Below are positions 27,005-34,617 of a stretch of 64,000 bases of DNA, piece by piece. Where the stretch lies: positions 32,001-96,000 of IMG/VR virus record IMGVR_UViG_3300021425_002093; one strand, 5' to 3'. Every line of letters starts with the position of its first letter. The first letter of the stretch is position 1. Origin of the DNA: a virus. The translations under genes and the position numbers were made by a program. The notes below the pieces were generated by a model. That model worked only from the letters and a program-made list of their open reading frames with translations. It did not search any database and was not told the origin of the DNA.

Positions 27005-29515
27005 TCATGAGAAGAAAGACTCCAGTGTATTTCGTTTTTCAAGATCCCAATTGATTGCATCAGATACAAGTTTCAATGGCTCTTTAAACGTCTTGTCAAA
27101 CTGAGTTTGATAATCGATATACTGTTCTAGCTCAAACTCTCTGGGTAAGAACTGTGGAAAAGATATCACATTCTCCATTGAAGGATTTGGAAGTTTCAGA
27201 TAGCAAAATTTGACTTTACTTCCGTTCTTAATATCTTCAACATTAAGCTTATTTTTTGATGACAATCTATTGAATACAAGCGCACCTCTTACATGAATCG
27301 GACAACCCTTCTTGTAGACAGTGTGTTTGTCCTGCCACTTCTCAATATCACTCACGCCTCTAGGAAAAGAAACATCCTCGGCAGGGAGACTTTTAAACTC
27401 ATCATAGAAGTTTGCCACGAAGTCTTGAAGTTCGCTTTCTGTAGAGTTTAGAATGATTCCATATGCTTTTACAAACTTATCCCGCACCACTTGAGGCGTG
27501 CTGGACTTAACAGCCTCAATTCCCATGATCTTGAGTTTAGGCTCAGCGTAAGCAACTCCCTCATTGTTATGCACGTTAAGTATATATCTTTTCTTAGCAG
27601 TCCAGACTCCACGATCAGCAATTGCTTCACGCTCCATAACCATACGAGGTTCATACGCATTCATGTGACTAAACATATCCTTGTAAGACCTTTGTAGTTG
27701 AGGAACAAATTTACTCTTACAAGCCTCGTCAATAAAGTTAACGGGATCTTTAGGATTCACCTGCTTCACTAGTGGAGCAAGATCAACATACAACGAATCG
27801 GTATCAATTGCAATTACATAGTCTTCATCATAGGACTTGAGTATTCGATTGAGATAGTGATTGATTGCAGTCTCCGCCCATCGAATAGCCAACTGACCAG
27901 AGAGCGTAATCCCTTCAGCCATACGCATATCAAAGTATCGAAAATACTGATTCCCAAGCGCTCCATAGAGTGAGTTGAGAAGAATCTTTACTGCCATTTG
28001 TTGATTGTCGAGTTGCGTGATCTCCATATCAAGTTGCTTGGTTTTCTTACGCTCATATTCTTTCTTCTTACTAATCATTTGACCTTTGATTGCTTTTCGC
28101 TCATCATACAGTCCTACGATGATCTCAGGAAGAACTCCACGCTTATCTTTGCGATACATTGATCCGTTGGCAGCGACCGCATAATCCTTTTCTCGAATTT
28201 CATCAGGAATCGTAGTTTTCAGAAAATGATCTACTCCAAAGTCAGGAAGCATACCTTCAACTAGTGTCTCGGGAGACATGTTGTACTGAACAATTAAATT
28301 AGGATACAGACTGTTCAAGTCAAACGAAGTGATCCATTCGCTCATTCCAATACGAGGCTCTTTCACATAGCCACCTGGGTAAGATTGCTTCTCTTTTCGA
28401 GTAGAAGGAGGAACAGTAATCTTACGATGATGTAAGAATCGATAGATGATACTATCCCATATCCCAGTTGTTCCAAAAGTGTCACTATAGTTGACGCCAC
28501 CCTTGTATGCAATCGTGAGTGCAAGTTGCATCAATCCAGTTTGACGATCAATTTTGTCAACGAGAAGAATGTCTCGAATGTTATACGAGATAAACTTTTG
28601 ATAGTCTTGTTTGTATAGACTGTGAAGAGAGCCGTACTCTTCATACGATAGTTTTCGTTCACCGAGAACAACAGATGCAACGTGATCAAGCGAATACGAT
28701 GCAAGAGTTCCATAGCTATAGCCAAACTTTTGAAATAAATCGAAGTAGTCTACCTGTTGGACGCCATAAATTTCATATGCATCAAGACTCTTACCCTTGA
28801 CCGCAATCTGACGATATTTAATCACATCGAACGGAGAGATTTGCTTAGAGATATCTTCGCCGAGGATTCGATTCATTCGATTCACAATATACGGAATGTC
28901 AAAGAGTCGAATGTTCCATCCAGTGATAATATCTGGAGTGAATTGCTTCCAGTGATGCAAGAAGTTTAGTAAGAGATTCTTCTCATCCAGACACTTCCGA
29001 TAGACAACCTCATAGTCCTCATAGCCAGAGTCATCAAAGTCTCGAAGACTTGTATCATAGTCATCGAGGCCCCACACAAAGAACGCTTTGTGCTTACTAC
29101 TCATGTAAGCGATTGAGATGACGGGATACTTGGCCTCGTCGGGTTCGGGGAATCCTTCATCTGACGCAACCTCAATATCGATATTGCCGACATCGATGAA
29201 CTTGGGATCGAAGTCAATAATAGCAGGGAACTCTTCAGCAACAAACTGAGCTACAAAGTTTGTATTACCGAAGATCTTGAAGTTGTCAACATCTTCATAT
29301 TGCTTGATAAACTCACCTGCTTCAGACATCGAAGGAAATTGAACGGGATCGACAGTGTGACCATACAGACTCTTCCATCCAGATTCTTGCTTTTTGCTCT
29401 GAATGTAAAGTGTAGGTTGAAATTTTACTTTCTTAGTTTCTCTAGTGCCTTTACTAGAGTATCCACGATATAAGATCTTGTTTCCGTAACGGGTCACGTT
29501 TGTGTAAAACGACAA
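27005..29515 (-). CDS. gp43: family B DNA polymerase
   Basis: DIEV exo I, GWNI..FDIPY, YNIRD, SFDLNSLYP, KILLNSLYGALGN, IDTDS, KKRY; TTG start after GAGG. Confidence 0.97.
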   Translation of the reverse strand: MSFYTNVTRYGNKILYRGYSSKGTRETKKVKFQPTLYIQSKKQESGWKSLYGHTVDPVQFPSMSEAGEFIKQYEDVDNFKIFGNTNFVAQFVAEEFPAIIDFDPKFIDVGNIDIEVASDEGFPEPDEAKYPVISIAYMSSKHKAFFVWGLDDYDTSLRDFDDSGYEDYEVVYRKCLDEKNLLLNFLHHWKQFTPDIITGWNIRLFDIPYIVNRMNRILGEDISKQISPFDVIKYRQIAVKGKSLDAYEIYGVQQVDYFDLFQKFGYSYGTLASYSLDHVASVVLGERKLSYEEYGSLHSLYKQDYQKFISYNIRDILLVDKIDRQTGLMQLALTIAYKGGVNYSDTFGTTGIWDSIIYRFLHHRKITVPPSTRKEKQSYPGGYVKEPRIGMSEWITSFDLNSLYPNLIVQYNMSPETLVEGMLPDFGVDHFLKTTIPDEIREKDYAVAANGSMYRKDKRGVLPEIIVGLYDERKAIKGQMISKKKEYERKKTKQLDMEITQLDNQQMAVKILLNSLYGALGNQYFRYFDMRMAEGITLSGQLAIRWAETAINHYLNRILKSYDEDYVIAIDTDSLYVDLAPLVKQVNPKDPVNFIDEACKSKFVPQLQRSYKDMFSHMNAYEPRMVMEREAIADRGVWTAKKRYILNVHNNEGVAYAEPKLKIMGIEAVKSSTPQVVRDKFVKAYGIILNSTESELQDFVANFYDEFKSLPAEDVSFPRGVSDIEKWQDKHTVYKKGCPIHVRGALVFNRLSSKNKLNVEDIKNGSKVKFCYLKLPNPSMENVISFPQFLPREFELEQYIDYQTQFDKTFKEPLKLVSDAINWDLEKRNTLESFFS

Positions 29516-29541
29516 GATAGATTCCTCAAAATGTTTTCCAC

Positions 29542-29571
29542 ATTATATAGTAGACATGGGGGACATGTCAA
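29542..29571 (-). promoter_or_regulatory. sigma70 promoter upstream of gp43
   Basis: TTGACA-18 nt-TATAAT. Confidence 0.75.
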
Positions 29572-29575
29572 CCAT

Positions 29576-29689
29576 TTATATAAGTTTCTCTACGGTTGTA
29601 GTAAAGAAGTAGATGAGTGCTAGTTCCCACGGAAGTATAACTATTCCTAAAATTGCTAATCTTTTAGCCGTGTCGCTTATGTTAAACAT
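29576..29689 (-). CDS. 37-aa hydrophobic peptide
   Basis: MFNISDTAKRLAILGIVILPWELALIYFFTTTVEKLI after a TAAGG SD. Confidence 0.5.
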   Translation of the reverse strand: MFNISDTAKRLAILGIVILPWELALIYFFTTTVEKLI

Positions 29690-29768
29690 CGTCTACCTTA
29701 AGAGTTGCGTGACGTTTTTAGCGACCTTACCAACGGTCGAGGAACGTCACAAAAACCTCTATTCACAT

Positions 29769-29921
29769 TTAAATTATGGGAGTATAGACATATGGCATTG
29801 GAGTAGCATTCATATACAACTCCGGATACATAATGTGTCCATAAAAGCCAGCCACCATACACCCAATTAGAAATGTGCATACAGCAATCGCTGATAGCTT
29901 TTCAGAAAGGGTTAGTTTCAT
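29769..29921 (-). CDS. 50-aa single-TM peptide
   Basis: MKLTLSEKLSAIAVCTFLIGCMVAGFYGHIMYPELYMNATPMPYVYTPII; ATGA overlap with the upstream stop. Confidence 0.6.
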   Translation of the reverse strand: MKLTLSEKLSAIAVCTFLIGCMVAGFYGHIMYPELYMNATPMPYVYTPII

Positions 29922-30253
29922 GATCTACCTACCTGCAGGGATGCTTTGATTTGTGCCAAAAGACTTTTATCCAAATCTAAGAGAATACTATCACTCATAG
30001 ATGCCGCCACTTCTTCTGGAGACAAACCTTCTGGATACGAAACCTCATATCCCTTAGCTTCCCACTCTTCCAAAGAACGACACTTCATGCGACGAATAAA
30101 AAATCCACCCGGCTGGGCGACTTTTACTGTAGCACAAAATTTGCCTTCTTCGTTGAGTTTTGCTGTGTATGATTCTACAGCTAATACAGGTTGAGCTAAC
30201 ATTAAGCCAGCGAATACCACACCGCTACATGCGGCAAATAGTTCTTTTTTCAT
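29918..30253 (-). CDS. signal-peptide-bearing hypothetical protein
   Basis: MKK + hydrophobic core + VLA cleavage-like site; two Cys (KFC...KCRS). Confidence 0.65.
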   Translation of the reverse strand: MKKELFAACSGVVFAGLMLAQPVLAVESYTAKLNEEGKFCATVKVAQPGGFFIRRMKCRSLEEWEAKGYEVSYPEGLSPEEVAASMSDSILLDLDKSLLAQIKASLQVGRS

Positions 30254-30273
30254 TTATCAGTGTCCTTTTGAGA

Positions 30274-30699
30274 TTAGATTTTAATTTCGATCTTTCTCGG
30301 ACGCTGTTCTTCGGGCAGTTCAACTCTCAAACTAATGACTAGTAAACCGTTGACGAATTCAGCTCCATCAACGACAACATGGTCAGCGAGTCTAAATGTT
30401 TCTACGAACTTTTTCGTAGTAATACCTTTGTGAAGATATTGCTTAGTGTCTTCGTCTGGATTACCTCGAATAATGAGAACGCCAGGCTGGACTTCAATTT
30501 CCAGATCTTTTCTCTTGTAACCACCTAAAGCAAACTCCATCGAATAGTTTGTGTCATCATGCTTTACGATATTGTGCCTAGGGAATCCTTTCTCGTTAGC
30601 ACCGACGGCGGTAAGTTTCTCAATCTCATCCCATACGTGATCAAATCCTATGAAACGTGAATGGGGGAATGTAAACATTTTAGTTCGGGTATTAACCAT
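30274..30699 (-). CDS. hsp20: small heat-shock protein (Hsp20/IbpA-like)
   Basis: FIGFD, FPRHNIVK, YLHKGI, F.LAD.V.V.GA.FVNGLL.I.L...PEE..PRKIEI; start moved to MVNTR behind AAGGAGG. Confidence 0.93.
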   Translation of the reverse strand: MVNTRTKMFTFPHSRFIGFDHVWDEIEKLTAVGANEKGFPRHNIVKHDDTNYSMEFALGGYKRKDLEIEVQPGVLIIRGNPDEDTKQYLHKGITTKKFVETFRLADHVVVDGAEFVNGLLVISLRVELPEEQRPRKIEIKI

Positions 30700-30790
30700 T
30701 TTTTGCCTCCTTATATTAAGCAAGGTTGTTGTCTCTCAGCCGGACCATTCCGCACTGATGTGGATGACAAGATCGCCCTGTCATCGCTTC
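30700..30790 (-). promoter_or_regulatory. ROSE-like RNA thermometer in the hsp20 5' UTR
   Basis: Three hairpins; the last, CCTTGCTTA-ATA-TAAGGAGG, pairs UUGCU with the SD; TATAAATA at 30792-30799. Confidence 0.6.
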
Positions 30791-30811
30791 TTATTTATAC
30801 GATTTTACTGC

Positions 30812-31174
30812 TTATTTAGATTCATAAACCTCGACAAGACCTTCACGCAATAGAAGTTCTGTCAAGTTTCTTTGAGCATCCCAAACAGCATCGTATACTA
30901 CAAAGTCGCCAAGTATGCGACCGTACTTTCCAGTTTCATCTTTTCTGCTGATTAGTGTTTGAATAGATTCGACTGGTAAGAATTGAGAGACGAAATCTCG
31001 TGCTACATGGCCACGAGCCTTCTCTTCTAAATCACGAGTTCTAGTTTCGGGGGCATCGATTCCATAAAAACGAATTCGCTGTCCACGTAACCACACTCCA
31101 AATCCTAAATCGATATCGACATCAACTGTGTCGCCATCGAGTACTCTTTTAATGATGCACTTATATTCGTACAT
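30812..31174 (-). CDS. thermonuclease (SNase-like)
   Basis: RVLDGDTVDVDIDLGF, RIRFYGIDAPE, GKYGRILG. Confidence 0.9.
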   Translation of the reverse strand: MYEYKCIIKRVLDGDTVDVDIDLGFGVWLRGQRIRFYGIDAPETRTRDLEEKARGHVARDFVSQFLPVESIQTLISRKDETGKYGRILGDFVVYDAVWDAQRNLTELLLREGLVEVYESK

Positions 31175-31462
31175 TTATTTTTTTTCGTCTACAATCTTTT
31201 TAATCATATCATCTTTTTTCTTACGCTTGTCAACTTTGATACCAAGCGTATGCGCAAACTCTTCGAGTTCTGCTTTAGTCATCTTCTTGAGCTTATCACC
31301 AAGATCCTCAAGATCGTCAATCGCTTCTTCTACTTCTTCTGCGATTTCTTCGGCCTTGTCTACTACACCTTCGAGGCCCTTCATGTTCCAAACCCAAGCT
31401 ACATATCCGAGTCCAAAAACAAGACCCGATACGAACAAAATTACAATGATGTCCCACAACAT
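31175..31462 (-). CDS. membrane-anchored protein with Rho-N/HeH-like C-terminal helical motif
   Basis: N-terminal TM (start MLWDII); LKKMTKAELEEFAHTLGI.VDKRKKKDDMI. Confidence 0.6.
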   Translation of the reverse strand: MLWDIIVILFVSGLVFGLGYVAWVWNMKGLEGVVDKAEEIAEEVEEAIDDLEDLGDKLKKMTKAELEEFAHTLGIKVDKRKKKDDMIKKIVDEKK

Positions 31463-31472
31463 GGCTTTCTCC

Positions 31473-31871
31473 TTATCGTTTTTTACCAATGCTATATTTA
31501 GCAACAAGTTCCCACTCGCTCTTTTCTTTATGTGGGAGTATCTTGATTTGTGATAAAGGGGCAGAAGGTGAAGAAATCATTTCGGGTCGAACGACCTTAA
31601 TCAACCCCCATTCTTGAAGTAGAGTAACAATTGTGTTTCTTCTTGCGCAATCGTCTTCTGAAAAATCGTGCGCCTTGCCGTCCAACATAAAGAGTTCTTT
31701 AAAATGAACGATGTAATACTTTCCTTGCTTGTGCAGGATGTGACAAGATTGGTATAGCTTTCTATCCTTCTTAGAAGCAATACCAATTCTCGTTAAGGTT
31801 TCCTTAACTTTTAAAAAATTCTCTTCATGAGTTAAAGAGACTTCAACCATATCTTCAATCAATAACGTCAT
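31473..31871 (-). CDS. regA: translational repressor RegA
   Basis: FLKVKETLTRIGIAS, LYQSCHILHKQGKYYIVHFKELF.LDG, W.LV.KY.IG. Confidence 0.96.
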   Translation of the reverse strand: MTLLIEDMVEVSLTHEENFLKVKETLTRIGIASKKDRKLYQSCHILHKQGKYYIVHFKELFMLDGKAHDFSEDDCARRNTIVTLLQEWGLIKVVRPEMISSPSAPLSQIKILPHKEKSEWELVAKYSIGKKR

Positions 31872-32260
31872 CTTTTTAAACCGCCTTGTTCTTGTTCTTT
31901 TTTAATAGCGTCTATTTGTTCAGACGATAACAAAGACAAGTACTCTCGGCCAACCGTTTCGTTGCATTGATAATGATCGCATATTGCTTTCAAGTCTTCG
32001 TTATCACTTTTCTTTATCCACTTAGAAAATCTCTTTCTAGGTCTAATACTATTTAGTAAAAATTCGAATTGTGGACGATTATCCAGATCGCTATACATGT
32101 TCATAAGATTAGCATGTAAAACGGTGTCCGGAAAGTAAGACAGTGCGTTGTTTGAAAGCCATGGCTCATAGCCACGTTCAGCAAGTGTGTCGTTTTCAGT
32201 ATCACGCATTAAATTTTTCTTCGAATGCGTGATCGAGTTCACATAATCAAAAGGATTCAT
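31868..32260 (-). CDS. gp62: clamp loader small subunit
   Basis: MNPFDYVNSI, LSYFPDT...AN.MN, QFEFLLNSIRPRKRFSKW. Confidence 0.92.
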   Translation of the reverse strand: MNPFDYVNSITHSKKNLMRDTENDTLAERGYEPWLSNNALSYFPDTVLHANLMNMYSDLDNRPQFEFLLNSIRPRKRFSKWIKKSDNEDLKAICDHYQCNETVGREYLSLLSSEQIDAIKKEQEQGGLKR

Positions 32261-33084
32261 TCCATCACCATAATTTGTTGTTCGCTCACTAACGGATTCA
32301 TTGAGTTGTCCGTCTTCAACTTTTTTTTTACTTCGGGTTTAGCAATGATATCACGTTTGAACATTGCTGTCGATACTATCAATAGTATAATCGCCAAGGG
32401 GTCGAAAACAAACACAAGTAAAAGAATAACGAAACGAACCGCATTATCGATGTCATAGTTCTCTCCGTAAATTAGTTCTGCTATGTATTTGATTGGGCCG
32501 ATTTCTGCTTCAAGTTCAAGAGTTTGTTTCTGCAGGGGCAGAAGTTGTTCTTGGAATCCTGCAATCTGATCATACGCCAATCCGATTGTTCTGTTGAGTT
32601 CTGTCCTTTCCTCTGCTTGCGCCTTCCGAACCGCAATTGCTCCATCAGGTCCTCTAATTCGGTCATAGTCTTGCAGTATTTCAACCGCAGAGTCGAGTTG
32701 CGCCAAGACCGTTTCGGAGTCATCGATGATCGATTGCTGTCTTTCAATCTTTCTCTCGAGGCCGCTGATAAGTAATTCATTATTACCACCTTGATTTATT
32801 GTCTGCTCTAAGTGAGCCTTCGATAGATATCCAAAGATACCCATTGAAGTGATAATCATCAGGACAAATACTGCTGATATTAGATAAGTCCTAATCCATG
32901 TACTTATATCTTTCCACTCTAGATGAAGATATGCGGCAGTAACAAGTTTACCTATCTCTAGCACTGTCGCCATAATAACAACAGCCCAGAAAGCACCAGC
33001 AAAGATTGTAGACAATCCAATGATAGAGAAGTATCCCGCTACTGCCGCTATCGCAATAGCTGTAAGCAGAGTTACATACTTCAT
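32257..33084 (-). CDS. multi-TM membrane protein with long coiled coil
   Basis: 3 N-terminal TMs (LEIGKLV, TSMGIFGYLSKAH), coiled coil, EIGPIKY, VFDPLAI TM. Confidence 0.7.
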   Translation of the reverse strand: MKYVTLLTAIAIAAVAGYFSIIGLSTIFAGAFWAVVIMATVLEIGKLVTAAYLHLEWKDISTWIRTYLISAVFVLMIITSMGIFGYLSKAHLEQTINQGGNNELLISGLERKIERQQSIIDDSETVLAQLDSAVEILQDYDRIRGPDGAIAVRKAQAEERTELNRTIGLAYDQIAGFQEQLLPLQKQTLELEAEIGPIKYIAELIYGENYDIDNAVRFVILLLVFVFDPLAIILLIVSTAMFKRDIIAKPEVKKKLKTDNSMNPLVSEQQIMVME

Positions 33085-33293
33085 ATATCAATGAAAGCGG
33101 ACGGATCTGTATTGCTATCAAATGCGGCTTCATCAAAATCTTTTGCACACTCAGTACAAAGATAAAGATTATCATAGCCATCTAGACACCTATATTGGAC
33201 TATGACATACTCACTCGTGGGATCGAGTTTTGTTCTACACAAAAGACAGTGTATTCCAAAGATCCAGCTTTTTATCTTAGCCCATATGCCCAT
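33081..33293 (-). CDS. small zinc-finger protein
   Basis: CLLC...LCTEC; abuts gp44 and overlaps the next gene. Confidence 0.55.
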   Translation of the reverse strand: MGIWAKIKSWIFGIHCLLCRTKLDPTSEYVIVQYRCLDGYDNLYLCTECAKDFDEAAFDSNTDPSAFIDI

Positions 33294-34235
33294 TCATTTC
33301 CACTCCATCTCCGCCATAAGAGTTGCGAGAGCCGCTACTCTATTTATCTCGGAGTTTGCAACGAACGCTTCTTTGTACTGATACTCAGCGAGAATCACAA
33401 TTGCGTCAGCTACATTTTGAGTAGACTTGAGTTTGCTGGGTAGCACATCATAGAGTTGGCGGTAGAGTACCGCTGACTCAACATGAGAATTCTCAGCAAC
33501 CCACTTACGAACATCTGTGAAGTTTCTTTCACGCATCCTACTAATCAGGTCATCAATAGACTCGCCTGAAGTTGATACTAATATACCAGCATCAATACGG
33601 CCAGTAGCAGAATAACGCTGTAGTTCATTAAGGACTCGACGCCAATCAGGAAAATAAGTTTTGATAAGTTCAGCAACAGATTTTTCATCATATTCAAGAT
33701 CCTCAGTTTCCAGTATTTTACAGCATCGCTTAAAAAACTGTCCGGCGAGTTTGGTTTTATCAGCACCAGTTACATTGAATTCAACTACACTACAACGAGA
33801 GTGTAAAGGCTCAATGATACGGTTCTTAAAGTTACAAGTTAGGATAAAGCCGCAGTTTTTTGAAAACTCTTCCATAAAGTTTCTAAGTGCAGGCTGAGTA
33901 GAGTTTGCATTCAGATAGTCAGCTTCGTCTAGAATGACATACTTGCGGCCGCCGGAAAAAGAAACACTAGAAGCAAAGTTAGCGATTTCAACACGTAGAG
34001 TATCGATGTTACCATTCATCGAACCGTTGATTGTAATATAGTCAGCGCCAATCTCTTCAAGCATAGCTTTGGCCACAGTAGTCTTGCCAATACCAGCACG
34101 ACCAGTCAATAGAAGATTGGGCACATTATTTTGATCGACAAATTGCTGAAATGTTTTTTTCAGAGAGTCGGGTAAGATAGTATCTTGAATTGTTTTAGGT
34201 CGATATCGTTCAACCCAAATAAAGTTGTCTTGCAT
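33294..34235 (-). CDS. gp44: clamp loader large subunit (AAA+)
   Basis: WVERYRP, GRAGIGKTT, ILDEAD, SRC, FPDWRR. Confidence 0.96.
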   Translation of the reverse strand: MQDNFIWVERYRPKTIQDTILPDSLKKTFQQFVDQNNVPNLLLTGRAGIGKTTVAKAMLEEIGADYITINGSMNGNIDTLRVEIANFASSVSFSGGRKYVILDEADYLNANSTQPALRNFMEEFSKNCGFILTCNFKNRIIEPLHSRCSVVEFNVTGADKTKLAGQFFKRCCKILETEDLEYDEKSVAELIKTYFPDWRRVLNELQRYSATGRIDAGILVSTSGESIDDLISRMRERNFTDVRKWVAENSHVESAVLYRQLYDVLPSKLKSTQNVADAIVILAEYQYKEAFVANSEINRVAALATLMAEMEWK

Positions 34236-34255
34236 TTGTCACCCCATCATATTGT

Positions 34256-34296
34256 AAAAGAACCCCCAAGCTCATTCCGAAGACATGAGATGGGGG
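34256..34296 (-). terminator. hairpin/terminator with UUCG loop between the 91-aa ORF and gp44
   Basis: CCCCCA.CTCAT.GTC-TTCG-GA.ATGAG..TGGGGG then TTCTTTT on the - strand. Confidence 0.55.
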
Positions 34297-34330
34297 CCGT
34301 GTTATCATTCCCAAGTTGATTGGGAGAGGA

Positions 34331-34606
34331 TCATGCAGCTTCGGCTTGTTGAGCCTCCTGTTGCGCTTGCGCTTGCTGGACAAATGCTTGCAAACGATCT
34401 CGCACTTGACCAACTGAAGACATTTCTTCACCACGGATTGCTCCACGTGTTACAAAAACGTCAATGATTTGTACAGCGGCCGCAAGGTCAGCAAACGACA
34501 GTTGTACAGGTTCACCTTCTGGAGCACCGGGTGCGGGGGGTACATCCATCTCAGGCATGGTGGGTGCTTCAGCTACAGCTTCAGCGGTGGTTACGTCTTC
34601 ACTCAT
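34331..34606 (-). CDS. conserved hypothetical protein usually adjacent to gp45/gp44
   Basis: LSFADL..AVQIIDV...RGAIRGEEMSSVG..RDRL..FV. Confidence 0.7.
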   Translation of the reverse strand: MSEDVTTAEAVAEAPTMPEMDVPPAPGAPEGEPVQLSFADLAAAVQIIDVFVTRGAIRGEEMSSVGQVRDRLQAFVQQAQAQQEAQQAEAA

Positions 34607-34617
34607 AGTCTATCTCC

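Noticed and set aside
29698-29880. 60-aa - strand ORF in the track
   Set aside because: An alternative frame (29769..29921) has an ATGA overlap with the upstream gene and a clear TM segment, so it is preferred.
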